Shown: one piece after another, positions 40,838 to 50,638 of the stretch
Numbering within the stretch: position 1 is the first letter of the stretch
How the letters are laid out: each line of letters opens with the position of its first letter
NCBI GenBank assembly: GCA_037132975.1
Contig: JBAXOZ010000001.1
Span: 1-52,967 of the forward strand
Length of the DNA: 52,967 nucleotides
Reading direction: 5' to 3'
DNA from: Comamonadaceae bacterium
Lineage (GTDB): Bacteria; Pseudomonadota; Gammaproteobacteria; Burkholderiales; Burkholderiaceae_C
Made by a program: the position numbers and the translations under genes
Notes under the pieces: generated by a model
What the model saw: the letters and a program-made list of their open reading frames with translations, nothing else
Database searches by the model: none
Told to the model about the DNA's origin: nothing

Positions 40838-43690
40838 ATGAATGACACCCGGACAACCAAGAAGAACCTGCTGCTGGTCGATGGTTCGAGTTACCTGTAC
40901 CGCGCTTTTCATGCCATGCCGGACCTGCGCGCTGTGCCGGGTGAGCCGAGCAGCGCGCCCACGGGCGCCATTCGCGGCATGATCAATATGCTGCAAAGTC
41001 TGCGCAAGGACTTTCCGGCCGACTTTGCCGCCTGCGTTTTTGACGCCCGGGGACCCACTTTTCGTGATGCGCTCTACCCCGAGTACAAGGCGCACCGCTC
41101 GCCCATGCCGGATGACTTGCGCGCCCAGATCGAGCCTATCCATGAGGTGGTGCGTCTGATGGGCTGGCAGGTGCTGGCCGTGCCCGGCGTGGAGGCCGAC
41201 GATGTGATCGGCACACTGGCCGTGACTGCCGCCGCTCAGGGCGTCGAGGTGATTGTCAGCAGTGGCGACAAGGATCTGGCGCAGCTGGTTAACAGCCACA
41301 TCACTATCATCGACACCATGAACGGCAAGCGCCGCGATGTGGCCGGTGTCGAAGCCGAATTTGGTGTGCCGCCGCAGCTGATGGTGGACTACCAGACGCT
41401 GGTGGGCGATGTCATTGACAACGTGCCCGGTGTACCCAAGGTCGGCCCCAAAACCGCTGCCAAGTGGCTGCAACAATATGGCTCGCTCGATGGCGTGGTG
41501 GCGCATGCCGATGCCATCACCGGCGCGGTGGGTGAGAACCTGAGGAAGTCGCTGGACTGGTTGCCAATGGGGCGCCAGTTGCTGACCATCAAGACCGACT
41601 GCGATCTGAGTGGCTGGGTGAACGACCTGCCGGCCCTGACTGCTCTGGCCAGCGGCAGCATGAACTTTGAGGCCCTGTTCGTCTTTTACGAAAAGTACGG
41701 TTTCAAGGGCTTGGCACGGGCGATCGCCGCTCGTTCCCCCATGGATCGCCACGGCCTGCAGCCTCGCGATGACGAATCTGGGCAACTTGCTTCGTCATTG
41801 CGAGCGCAGCGCGGCAATCCACTGTCTGAACCAGGTCTTTTCGATGAGCCCGACCAAATCCCTTCCCAGCCACGGTCCAGCGTCACCACGGTGGCCTACG
41901 AGACCCTCCTGAGCTGGGATGGCTTTGAGCGCTGGCTCGCCATTGTCGAGACTGCCGAACTGGTGGCGGTGGATACCGAAACCACCTCGCTGGATGAAAT
42001 GCGCGCCGAAATGGTTGGCATCAGCCTGAGCGTCAAACCCGGTGAGGCGGCCTACATCCCTCTGGCACACAGCTATGCCGATGCGCCCGCGCAGTTGCCG
42101 CGCGATGAGGTGCTGGCGCGGCTCAAGCCCTGGCTGCAGGACGGCAGCAAGAAGAAGCTGGGCCAGCACATCAAGTACGACCGGCACGTCTTTGCCAATC
42201 ATGGCATCGAAGTGCAAGGCTATGCCCACGACACCATGCTGCAGAGCTATGTGCTGGAAGTGCACAAGCCGCACGGGCTGGCCAGTCTGGCCGAGCGTCA
42301 TCTGGGTCGCAGCGGCATCAGCTTTGAAGACCTGTGCGGCAAGGGCGTGAACCAGATCTGCTTTGACCAGGTGGAGGTGGACAAGGCGGCGCAGTATTCC
42401 TGCGAAGACTCCGACATGACGCTCGACCTGCACCTGGCGCTGTGGCCGCAGTTGCAGTTGGACGCCAAGCTGCGCTTTGTCTACGAGCTTGAAATTGCCA
42501 GCAGCGAGGCGCTGTACCGCATCGAGCGCAATGGGGTGCTGATTGATGCGCCAACGCTGGCTACGCAAAGCCATGAGTTGGGTGTGCGCATTGTGCAACT
42601 GGAGAAAGAGGCGCACGAACTGGCAGGGCAGCCCTTCAACCTGAGCAGCCCCAAACAGATTGGCGAGATCTTCTTTACCAAGCTCGGCTTGCCGGTGGTC
42701 AAGAAGACCGCCACCGGTGCGCCCAGCACGGACGAAGAAGTGCTGGAAAAACTAGCGGAGGACTTCCCGCTACCGGCCAAAATTCTGGAGCACCGCGGGC
42801 TGGCCAAACTCAAGGGCACCTACACCGACAAGCTGGCACAACTCGCGCACCCCCGCACCGGCCGTGTCCACACCCATTACGCGCAGGCGGTGGCGGTGAC
42901 CGGGCGCCTGTCAAGCAACGACCCGAACCTGCAGAACATTCCGATCCGCACGGCCGAGGGGCGTCGCGTGCGCGAGGCTTTTGTGGCGCCGCCGGGTTGC
43001 GTGATTGCCAGCGCCGACTACAGCCAGATCGAGTTGCGCATCATGGCGCACATCAGCGGTGATGCGGCCCTGCTGCTGGCTTTTCATGACGGCATGGACG
43101 TGCACCGCGCCACAGCGGCCGAGATCTTTGGCTGCAGCACGGCGCAAGTCACCAGTGAACAGCGGCGTTACGCCAAGGTCATCAATTTCGGGCTCATCTA
43201 CGGCATGAGTGCCTACGGGCTGGCGCGCGCCCTGAACATCGACAACACGGCAGCCAAAAATTACATCGAGCGCTACTTTGACCGTTACCCCGGCGTCAAG
43301 CTCTACATGGACCACACACGCCAGGCCGCCAAGAGCAAGGGCTATGTCGAGACCGTGTTCGGCCGGCGCCTGTACCTGCCCGAGATCAACTCCCCGAACG
43401 GACCCCGGCGCAGCGGTGCCGAGCGTGCCGCCATCAACGCACCCATGCAGGGTACGGCGGCGGACCTGATCAAGCTCAGCATGGTGAAAGTGCAGCAGGT
43501 GCTCGACGATGAAAAACGCGGCACCAAGATGATCATGCAAGTGCATGACGAACTGGTGTTTGAGGTGCCCGAGTCCGAGGTGCACTGGCTGAAATCCGAG
43601 ATTCCCCGCCTGATGGCCGGCGTGGCAGATTTGAAGGTGCCGCTGCTGGCAGAAGTGGGCGTGGGGGCCAACTGGGACCAGGCCCATTGA
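40838..43690 (+). CDS. polA: DNA polymerase I
   Basis: DGSSYLYRAFH and EADDVIG (5' nuclease), DTETT (3'-5' exonuclease), DYSQIELR, KVINFGLIYG, QVHDELV. Confidence 0.98.
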   Translation: MNDTRTTKKNLLLVDGSSYLYRAFHAMPDLRAVPGEPSSAPTGAIRGMINMLQSLRKDFPADFAACVFDARGPTFRDALYPEYKAHRSPMPDDLRAQIEPIHEVVRLMGWQVLAVPGVEADDVIGTLAVTAAAQGVEVIVSSGDKDLAQLVNSHITIIDTMNGKRRDVAGVEAEFGVPPQLMVDYQTLVGDVIDNVPGVPKVGPKTAAKWLQQYGSLDGVVAHADAITGAVGENLRKSLDWLPMGRQLLTIKTDCDLSGWVNDLPALTALASGSMNFEALFVFYEKYGFKGLARAIAARSPMDRHGLQPRDDESGQLASSLRAQRGNPLSEPGLFDEPDQIPSQPRSSVTTVAYETLLSWDGFERWLAIVETAELVAVDTETTSLDEMRAEMVGISLSVKPGEAAYIPLAHSYADAPAQLPRDEVLARLKPWLQDGSKKKLGQHIKYDRHVFANHGIEVQGYAHDTMLQSYVLEVHKPHGLASLAERHLGRSGISFEDLCGKGVNQICFDQVEVDKAAQYSCEDSDMTLDLHLALWPQLQLDAKLRFVYELEIASSEALYRIERNGVLIDAPTLATQSHELGVRIVQLEKEAHELAGQPFNLSSPKQIGEIFFTKLGLPVVKKTATGAPSTDEEVLEKLAEDFPLPAKILEHRGLAKLKGTYTDKLAQLAHPRTGRVHTHYAQAVAVTGRLSSNDPNLQNIPIRTAEGRRVREAFVAPPGCVIASADYSQIELRIMAHISGDAALLLAFHDGMDVHRATAAEIFGCSTAQVTSEQRRYAKVINFGLIYGMSAYGLARALNIDNTAAKNYIERYFDRYPGVKLYMDHTRQAAKSKGYVETVFGRRLYLPEINSPNGPRRSGAERAAINAPMQGTAADLIKLSMVKVQQVLDDEKRGTKMIMQVHDELVFEVPESEVHWLKSEIPRLMAGVADLKVPLLAEVGVGANWDQAH
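41740..41821. repeat. GTCAT-type REP doublet inserted in frame in polA
   Basis: catggatcgccacggcctgcagcctcgcgatgacgaa...ttcgtcattgcgagcgcagcgcggcaatcca; both halves match the 5324-5398 element. Confidence 0.85.
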
Positions 43691-43711
43691 CCCGCCTTGA
43701 GGAAATCTTGC

Positions 43712-43720
43712 TGTTATACT
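43712..43720 (+). promoter_or_regulatory. extended -10 element of the tRNA promoter
   Basis: TG-t-TATACT ending 10 nt before the tRNA 5' end. Confidence 0.55.
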
Positions 43721-43730
43721 TCGCGCCTCA

Positions 43731-43807
43731 GCGGCTGTAGCTCAGTTGGATAGAGTACTTGGCTACGAACCAAGGGGTCGTGGGTTCAATTCCTGCCAGC
43801 CGCACCA
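43731..43807 (+). tRNA. tRNA-Arg(ACG)
   Basis: GCGGCTG/CAGCCGC acceptor stem, TAGCTCAGTTGGATAGAG D arm, cttgg-ctACGaa-ccaag anticodon arm, GGTTCAATTCC T arm, encoded CCA; 77 nt. Confidence 0.97.
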
Positions 43808-43815
43808 AATGAATC

Positions 43816-43856
43816 AAGGACTTAGCGTCGAAAGGCACTAAGTCCTTTCTTCTTTC
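43816..43856 (+). terminator. intrinsic terminator after tRNA-Arg
   Basis: aaggacttag...ctaagtcctt stem followed by a T-rich tract. Confidence 0.7.
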
Positions 43857-44001
43857 TGTCGTTTCCCCCGACAAAACCCTGAGTCAAAATCATGAATGAC
43901 GCTGCACTCTGATGTACATTGTGATGTATCGACAGCGCCAATGCTGAACCGGGGGACAGTGGCTAGGCGTGCTTGGACAAGCATCCTGAAGGGAGTACAT
44001 C

Positions 44002-44856
44002 ATGCGCGCTGAAAGGAAATCGAATCTGGCCTTGTTTGATGGTCAGCAAATACGCAAGCTGTACCACGCCGGCGAGTGGTGGTTCGTCATTACCGACATC
44101 ATTGCCGCGCTGACGGATGCTGCCGATCCGACCGACTATTGGAAGAAGATGCGCAGGCGCGACCCCGACTTGGGTGCCGACGTTCAAGGGGGGGGACAAA
44201 TTGACCCCCCCCTTGCGCTGGCGTTTGCGACGGCAGGCGGGCGGCAAAAGCTCCAGTGCTGGAACACGCAAGGTATTTTCCGCCTGATCCAGTCCATCCC
44301 CAGCCCCAAGGCCGAACCCTTCAAACGTTGGCTCGCCAAGGTCGGCAAAGAGCGCCTCGACGAGATTGAAAACCCCGAACTCGCTATGGGGCGGATGCAG
44401 GAGCTTTACGAGAAGAAGGGTTACCCCAAGGAATGGATCGACAAGCGCCTGCGCGGCATTGCGGTGCGGCAAGACCTGACCGACGAGTGGAAGCAGCGCG
44501 GTGTCAGCAACAGCCAGGAATTCGCCATCCTGACCAACGAGATCATGCACGGCACTTTTGCGTTGAAGGTGGACGAGTACAAGCAGGTGAAGGCACTGGC
44601 GCACGAGAACCTGCGCGATCACATGACGGACATCGAGTTGATCCTGACCATGCTGGCCGAGGCCACCACCACCAAGTTGCACCGCGACCGCGACTCCATA
44701 GGCATGACACCGCTCAAGAAGGACGCCAAGGACGGTGGTGCCGTGGCCGGGCGCACGCGCAAGGACATCGAGAAGCAGAGTGGTCAGCCCGTGATTTCTG
44801 CAGCGAACTTCAAGCAGTTGGCAGCGAAAAATACGAAAAGGTTGAAGGATGACTAG
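44002..44856 (+). CDS. BRO-N domain protein (phage antirepressor-like)
   Basis: IRK....EWWFVITDII, DYWKKMRRR, RLIQSIPSPKAEPFKRWLA, NLRDHMT. Confidence 0.85.
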   Translation: MRAERKSNLALFDGQQIRKLYHAGEWWFVITDIIAALTDAADPTDYWKKMRRRDPDLGADVQGGGQIDPPLALAFATAGGRQKLQCWNTQGIFRLIQSIPSPKAEPFKRWLAKVGKERLDEIENPELAMGRMQELYEKKGYPKEWIDKRLRGIAVRQDLTDEWKQRGVSNSQEFAILTNEIMHGTFALKVDEYKQVKALAHENLRDHMTDIELILTMLAEATTTKLHRDRDSIGMTPLKKDAKDGGAVAGRTRKDIEKQSGQPVISAANFKQLAAKNTKRLKDD

Positions 44857-44887
44857 GTGTCCGGCTGCACCGGTTTGAAAGCTCGCA

Positions 44888-45448
44888 ATGAACAAGGCCT
44901 TTACCAAGGAAACAGACGACGAGGACGATGTCGAGCCGCCGGCGCCCACCGATGTTGCTGGTGCCAGGAACTACATCACGGCCGCTGGCTACGCTCGCAT
45001 TCATGCCGAGTTGATGGCGTTGATGGACGTGGAGCGCCCCAAGGTCGTGGAGATCGTGCATTGGGCTGCCAGCAACGGCGACCGCTCCGAGAACGGTGAC
45101 TACATCTACGGCAAGAAGCGCCTGCGTGAAATTGACCGGCGTATCCGTTTTCTCACCAAGCGGCTCTCGCTGGCCGAGGTGGTCGACCCCACGGTGCATC
45201 ACGGCAGCGACCAGATTTTTTTTGGCGCCTGCGTGACTTACGTGGACGAAGTGGGTGCGCAGCGCACCATCACTATTTTGGGTATCGACGAGGTTGACAG
45301 CGCGCAGGACCAGGTCAGCTGGGTCTCGCCCATTGCGAGAACCTTGCTCAAGAGCCGCAGCGGTGATGTATTGCAGCTGGCAACGCCGGCCGGTGTGGTC
45401 GAGATCGAGGTGCTCAGCGTGCACTACCCGGCGCCGCGGGTCAGCTGA
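44888..45448 (+). CDS. greB: transcription elongation factor GreB
   Basis: WAASNGDRSENGDYIYGKKRLREIDRRIRFL, VSWVSPIAR. Confidence 0.96.
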   Translation: MNKAFTKETDDEDDVEPPAPTDVAGARNYITAAGYARIHAELMALMDVERPKVVEIVHWAASNGDRSENGDYIYGKKRLREIDRRIRFLTKRLSLAEVVDPTVHHGSDQIFFGACVTYVDEVGAQRTITILGIDEVDSAQDQVSWVSPIARTLLKSRSGDVLQLATPAGVVEIEVLSVHYPAPRVS

Positions 45449-47687
45449 CGCTTACGCTGTTGCTGGTGCGCTCGGCTTTCAGCACCGAAGGTGTTCTTCT
45501 GAGATTGCGCAATGCGGCGTCGAGTTGAGTGCCATCGCGCACGGCGATCAGGAAGCGCAGTTCAATGGCCTCCTGGGCGGCCTCATCGGGTATATCGACG
45601 CGGGCTATATCCACCTCGGCCGCTGCCAGTGCGGCGGCCACACGCGCCAGCACCCCTTTGCCATTGGTGACGGTAACCACGACTTCGGATTCAAACGGGC
45701 GCATCGGTTCATCTGACCATTCGACGCCGATAAAGCGCTCGCTGTCCTTGTGCTTGAGCTTTCTGGCAACGCCGCAGTCTTCCACGTGGACGATCAAGCC
45801 TTCACCGCGCCCCAGGTAACCCACGATGGCGTCGCCCGGAATAGGCCGGCAGCAGCGCGCGTACGAGACCGAGGCGTTTTCGCTGCCATCGAGCATCACA
45901 CCGCCCTGCGAACCTGACTGGTTCATGGCAAAACGTTCGCGCGTGAGCAGGACCGCGTCGAGCTTTTCACCGCCGTCCGTCAGCAGCGCGCGCAGCCGCT
46001 TGGCAACGATGCTGGCGATGCGCTTACCCAAACCAATGTCGGTCAACAGTTCGGATTGGCTCTTGTTGCCACTGAAACGCAGCAACTTGTCCCACACCTG
46101 TTTGTTGCGGGCGGTTTCTTCCAGCGTCTTGTCGATGCCCTCGGCGCGCAGCGCCTGAGCCAGCATCTTCTCGCCCAGGCTCTGTGAGTCGGCCAGTGCC
46201 ATGGTTTTGAGGTGCTGGCGGATTTTGGAGCGCGCGCGCGCCGTTCGGACAAAACTCAGCCAGTTCGGGTTTGGCGTGGCGTCGGGCGCCGTGACAATTT
46301 CAATCACGTCGCCGTTCTTCAGCTCGGTGCGCAGGGGCACCTGCTCACCGTTGATCTTGGCACCTTGCGTGCGGTCACCCACATTGCTGTGAATCGAGTA
46401 GGCAAAATCGACGATGGTGGCGCCGCGCGGTAGCGCCATGATCTGACTTTTTGGCGTGAAGACGTAAACCGCATCCGGAAACAGGTCTACCTTGACGTGG
46501 TCCCAGAACTCGGCGGCGTCGCGCGTCTCATTCTGGATGTCGAGCAGCGACTGCATCCACTTGGAGCCATGACGATCACTCACACTGGCTTGGGCCGGGC
46601 TGTTCACCTTGTACAGCCAGTGGGCCGCCACGCCGGACTCGGCAACCACGTTCATGGCCTCGGTGCGGACCTGGAATTCGACGCTGATGCTCGACGGGCC
46701 AACCAGCGTCGTGTGCAGCGACTGGTAGCCGTTGACCTTGCCAATCGCAATGTGGTCCTTGAACCTGCCAGGGACCGGTTTGTAGAGTTGGTGCAGCGTA
46801 CCCAGCGCCGTGTAGCAGTCGATCACGTTGGGCACCAGCACGCGAAAGCCGTAAATATCGGTCACCTGGGCAAAGCTCAGGTGCTTTTCGTTCATCTTTT
46901 TGTAGATGGAGTACAGGGTCTTCTCGCGTCCGCTGATTCGCACCTCCATGCCGCTGGCGGCAAAGGCAGCTTCCACTTCCTTTTGAACTTTCTGGATCAA
47001 ATCCCTGCGCCGGCGTCGTGCTTTGGCCACCGCTTTGGACAAGACGGCGAAGCGCCAGGGCCGCAGATGGCAAAAAGCCAGATTCTGCAGTTCACGGTAG
47101 GCCTGATTCAGCCCCAGACGGTACGCGATCGGGGCGTAAACCTCCAGGGTTTCGGAGGCAATACGTTCCCACTTCTCGCGTGGTACGTCCGACAGGGTGC
47201 GCATATTGTGGGTGCGGTCGGCCAGCTTGATCAGGATGACGCGCATGTCCCTGGCCATGGCCAGCAACATCTTGCGGAACGACTCGGCCTGGTTTTCTTC
47301 ACGCGTATTGAAATGCAGCTTGTCGAGCTTGGTCAGACCGTCCACCAGCTCTGCCACGGCCGGGCCAAAGCGATCGACCAGTTCGGGCTTGGTCACGCTG
47401 CAGTCTTCCAGCGCGTCATGCAGCAGGGCGGCCATCAGCGCCTGGGCGTCGAGTTTCCAGTCAGCGCATTGCGCGGCCACGGCGATCGGATGTGTGATGT
47501 AGGGTTCGCCGCTGTCGCGGATTTGTCCCAGGTGGGCCTGGTCAGCAAAGCGGTAGGCGCTACGCACCAGGTCCAGATCAGCGGCAGTGAGGTAGTCCAG
47601 CTTGGCCGTCAGGCTGGCGAAGCTGGCCGCTGCTGCATTGGCTGCATCAGGGTGCTTGCTGGTAGGGGTTTTCAGCGTTGTACTCAC
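45441..47687 (-). CDS. spoT: bifunctional (p)ppGpp synthetase/hydrolase SpoT
   Basis: HD domain (PYITHP, LLHD, KLADRTHN), GYQSLHT, TGS domain (VFTPK, DFAY), C-terminal ACT; follows rpoZ; GTG start inferred. Confidence 0.94.
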   Translation of the reverse strand: MSTTLKTPTSKHPDAANAAAASFASLTAKLDYLTAADLDLVRSAYRFADQAHLGQIRDSGEPYITHPIAVAAQCADWKLDAQALMAALLHDALEDCSVTKPELVDRFGPAVAELVDGLTKLDKLHFNTREENQAESFRKMLLAMARDMRVILIKLADRTHNMRTLSDVPREKWERIASETLEVYAPIAYRLGLNQAYRELQNLAFCHLRPWRFAVLSKAVAKARRRRRDLIQKVQKEVEAAFAASGMEVRISGREKTLYSIYKKMNEKHLSFAQVTDIYGFRVLVPNVIDCYTALGTLHQLYKPVPGRFKDHIAIGKVNGYQSLHTTLVGPSSISVEFQVRTEAMNVVAESGVAAHWLYKVNSPAQASVSDRHGSKWMQSLLDIQNETRDAAEFWDHVKVDLFPDAVYVFTPKSQIMALPRGATIVDFAYSIHSNVGDRTQGAKINGEQVPLRTELKNGDVIEIVTAPDATPNPNWLSFVRTARARSKIRQHLKTMALADSQSLGEKMLAQALRAEGIDKTLEETARNKQVWDKLLRFSGNKSQSELLTDIGLGKRIASIVAKRLRALLTDGGEKLDAVLLTRERFAMNQSGSQGGVMLDGSENASVSYARCCRPIPGDAIVGYLGRGEGLIVHVEDCGVARKLKHKDSERFIGVEWSDEPMRPFESEVVVTVTNGKGVLARVAAALAAAEVDIARVDIPDEAAQEAIELRFLIAVRDGTQLDAALRNLRRTPSVLKAERTSNSVSVS

Positions 47688-47730
47688 CCCCCGAATATAG
47701 CGCGCAGCCGGGCATTTGCGCCACTGCAAC

Positions 47731-47756
47731 AAAAAAGCACCGCCAGCGGTGCTTTT
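47731..47756 (-). terminator. intrinsic (bidirectional-looking) terminator after rpoZ
   Basis: aaaaaa-gcaccg-ccag-cggtgc-tttt. Confidence 0.8.
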
Positions 47757-47774
47757 GACAGGAGCCGATGTGAC

Positions 47775-47978
47775 TTAGAGGGGGACTTTTTTCAGCATTT
47801 CCAGACCGATCTTGCCAGCGGCAATTTCGCGCAGGGCGGTCACGCCCGGCTTGTTCTTGCTGGTCACCTTGGGCGCGTGGCCCTGGCTGAGCATGCGCGC
47901 ACGGTAGGTGGCGGCCAGCACCAGCTGGAAGCGGTTGGGGATCTGCAGCAGGCAGTCTTCGACGGTAATACGGGCCAT
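47775..47978 (-). CDS. rpoZ: RNA polymerase omega subunit
   Basis: [31 protein letters not shown]. Confidence 0.96.
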   Translation of the reverse strand: MARITVEDCLLQIPNRFQLVLAATYRARMLSQGHAPKVTSKNKPGVTALREIAAGKIGLEMLKKVPL

Positions 47979-48006
47979 GAAATTCTCCGAGAGATCAGTG
48001 AATGCA

Positions 48007-48627
48007 CTAGGGAATGTGCAGCGCTTTGAAAGTTTCAGCCCTGGCACGACGTTGCGCCAAGAACTTGAGTCGCTGGGAGTGAACGATTGCCTTGAGGTCA
48101 AAAAGCGCTCGGTCAAACAACTCGTTGATTATAACGAAGTCGAACTGATGGACCTGTGCCACTTCGAGTGCCGCGTTTTTGAGCCGCAAATCGATGACTT
48201 CGGGCGTATCTTCGCCGCGACGCTCCAGGCGGGCACGCAATTCTTCCCAACTCGGGGGCAGGATGAAGATGCTGATGGCATTGCTGAAAATCTTCTTGAT
48301 CTGCAACGCGCCCTGGTAATCGATTTCGAGAATGACATCGGCGCCCTGACTCATGCGCTCTTCAATCGCCTTCTTGGAGGTGCCGTAGCGGTGCTGGTGC
48401 ACATTGGCCCATTCAACGAAGGCATCGGCCTGCACCATGGCGTCAAACTCGGGCTTGGAGACAAAAAAGTACTCGCGGCCGTGCTTTTCCTGGCCTCGCG
48501 GCGCGCGCGTGGTGTGCGAAACCGAGGGTTGCACATGCGAGTCCAGCTCCAGCAGGGCTTTGACCAAGCTTGATTTGCCAGCTCCACTGGGGGCGGCAAC
48601 GACGAACAGGTTTCCGGGATAGTCCAT
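48007..48627 (-). CDS. gmk: guanylate kinase
   Basis: [24 protein letters not shown]. Confidence 0.97.
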   Translation of the reverse strand: MDYPGNLFVVAAPSGAGKSSLVKALLELDSHVQPSVSHTTRAPRGQEKHGREYFFVSKPEFDAMVQADAFVEWANVHQHRYGTSKKAIEERMSQGADVILEIDYQGALQIKKIFSNAISIFILPPSWEELRARLERRGEDTPEVIDLRLKNAALEVAQVHQFDFVIINELFDRALFDLKAIVHSQRLKFLAQRRARAETFKALHIP

Positions 48628-48635
48628 GCGAGGCG

Positions 48636-49553
48636 CTATTCTATGTTCTGCACCTGCTCTCGCAGTTGCTCGATCAATACTTTCATGTCGACCGAAATAT
48701 GGGTCAGTTCCAGCGCAGCGGATTTGGATCCCATGGTGTTGGCTTCACGGTGCAATTCCTGGATCAGGAAATCCAGTCGTTTACCAATTTCGCCGCCCTT
48801 CTTGATCAGGCGCTCGATTTCGTCAAGATGCGAGAGCAGACGCGTAATTTCCTCCGCCACGTCAATCCGGATGGCAAACGCGGTGGCTTCGGCCAGTGCC
48901 CGGTCCTGTGCCATCTCCGGCAGGGTGGCGCCGTCAGCCAGGGCCATGGCTTCCTGCCAGCGGTCCATGAAGCGCTGGCGCTGCTGTGCCACCAGTTGTG
49001 GCACCAGCGGCTTGGCCTGGCCGGCCAGCGTGCGCAACTGGGCAATCTGATCGAGCATGGCGCTGGCCAGGCGATCGCCTTCGCGCGCTCGTGCGACCAG
49101 CAGCTGTTTGAGTGTTTGCTCGGCCAGTGGCAAGATCTCCTTGCTCCAGTCTCGAGCCGAGGCCTGCTCGCTGATGCCAAGGCGGATCACGTCGGCCACA
49201 CTCAGCGGTCTGGCATCGGGCAGCCAGGCCCGGACGCTGTCCTGCACCGAACCCAGGCGCTGCAACAGCCGCGGATGCGGGTCTGGCACGGCTGTGCTGG
49301 CGCTGCTTTCGATCAGGACGCGGACTTCGACCTTGCCTCGTTTGATGCGAGCGGCAATGATTTCCCGCAGTGCCGGTTCATGCGGGCGCAATTCCTCAGG
49401 TAGACGGAACGACAGGTCCAGAAAGCGGCTGTTGACCGACCTGATCTCCAGTCCGAGGTGACCAGAAGCTGCCGCTCTGGATTCGGTTTCGGCACTGGCG
49501 TGGCCTGCGGTGTGCTGGGCACTGGCGTAACCGGTCATGCTGTAAACTGGCAT
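48636..49553 (-). CDS. yicC: YicC/YloC family endoribonuclease
   Basis: [45 protein letters not shown]. Confidence 0.94.
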   Translation of the reverse strand: MPVYSMTGYASAQHTAGHASAETESRAAASGHLGLEIRSVNSRFLDLSFRLPEELRPHEPALREIIAARIKRGKVEVRVLIESSASTAVPDPHPRLLQRLGSVQDSVRAWLPDARPLSVADVIRLGISEQASARDWSKEILPLAEQTLKQLLVARAREGDRLASAMLDQIAQLRTLAGQAKPLVPQLVAQQRQRFMDRWQEAMALADGATLPEMAQDRALAEATAFAIRIDVAEEITRLLSHLDEIERLIKKGGEIGKRLDFLIQELHREANTMGSKSAALELTHISVDMKVLIEQLREQVQNIE

Positions 49554-49630
49554 CTCAACTTTCTGTTCAATGGGATGGACTTGAGAATAACCCGATTCAT
49601 GTAGAAGCGGCGCTTGTTCCTTCAAAAATT

Positions 49631-50638
49631 ATGGCCAAGGTCAAACCGGCACCCTTACCGCCCGACACCATGATTGGCGGCTATCGCGTCTTGCGCAAAG
49701 TAGCCGCCGGCGGGTTTGGCGTGGTCTATCTTGCGGTTGACTCCACAGGTCAGCAGGTCGCGATCAAGGAGTACCTGCCTGCTTCATTGACGACACGGGT
49801 TCCGGGTGCGCTGGCGCCCGAGGTGCCACCAGAGAAGTTGTCCTTGTACCGGCTCGGGCTGAAGAGTTTTTTTGAAGAAGGGCGCTCTCTGGCGCAGATT
49901 TCACACCCGTCAGTGGTCAGTGTGATGAATTTCTTCCGGGAGAATGAAACCGTCTACATGGTGATGAATTATCTGGAGGGAGCTTCCCTGCAGGACTTCA
50001 TTGTCACGGCGCGCGATCTCAAACAGGCCAAGGTATTCCGTGAGTCCACCATCCGTTCCCTGTTTGACGAAATTCTGCGTGGTTTGAGAATTGTTCACCA
50101 GCACAAGATGCTGCACCTGGACATCAAACCCGCCAACATCTTCATCACCGATGACAACAAGTCGGTGCTGATTGACTTTGGCGCCGCACGTGAAGTGCTG
50201 AGCAAGGAAGGTAATTTCATTCGTCCGATGTATACGCCGGGGTTTGCGGCGCCAGAGATGTACCGGCGCGACGCGGCCATGGGGCCCTGGACCGACATCT
50301 ATGCCATTGGAGCCTGCATCTATGCCTGCATGCAGGGCTACCCGCCCAATGAAGCGCCACAGCGGCTTGAAAAGGACCGCATCACGATTGCCCTGAGGCG
50401 CTTGAAGGGTGTCTATTCAGACAACCTGATCGAGGTGGTGGAGTGGTGCATGTCGCTCGATCCGCTGTCCAGACCGCAATCCGTTTTTCTGCTGCAGAAG
50501 GAACTGAGCCGCGAAGGCGAACGGCGTTACACCAAACTCACGGCTGTTGAAAAAGTTCGGTTGCAGTTTGACACCATGGTGACTGACAACAAGAAGAACG
50601 GTCAGAAGGCGACGGCGGTGAGCGGAAGGGCCAAATGA
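49631..50638 (+). CDS. Hanks-type serine/threonine protein kinase
   Basis: AGGFGVVY, VAIKE, HLDIKPAN, DFG, APE, DIYAIG. Confidence 0.93.
   Translation: MAKVKPAPLPPDTMIGGYRVLRKVAAGGFGVVYLAVDSTGQQVAIKEYLPASLTTRVPGALAPEVPPEKLSLYRLGLKSFFEEGRSLAQISHPSVVSVMNFFRENETVYMVMNYLEGASLQDFIVTARDLKQAKVFRESTIRSLFDEILRGLRIVHQHKMLHLDIKPANIFITDDNKSVLIDFGAAREVLSKEGNFIRPMYTPGFAAPEMYRRDAAMGPWTDIYAIGACIYACMQGYPPNEAPQRLEKDRITIALRRLKGVYSDNLIEVVEWCMSLDPLSRPQSVFLLQKELSREGERRYTKLTAVEKVRLQFDTMVTDNKKNGQKATAVSGRAK

Noticed and set aside
43808-44856. Intact prophage or integrative element at tRNA-Arg
   Set aside because: No integrase, no structural genes and no duplicated tRNA 3' end; kept only as a possible remnant.
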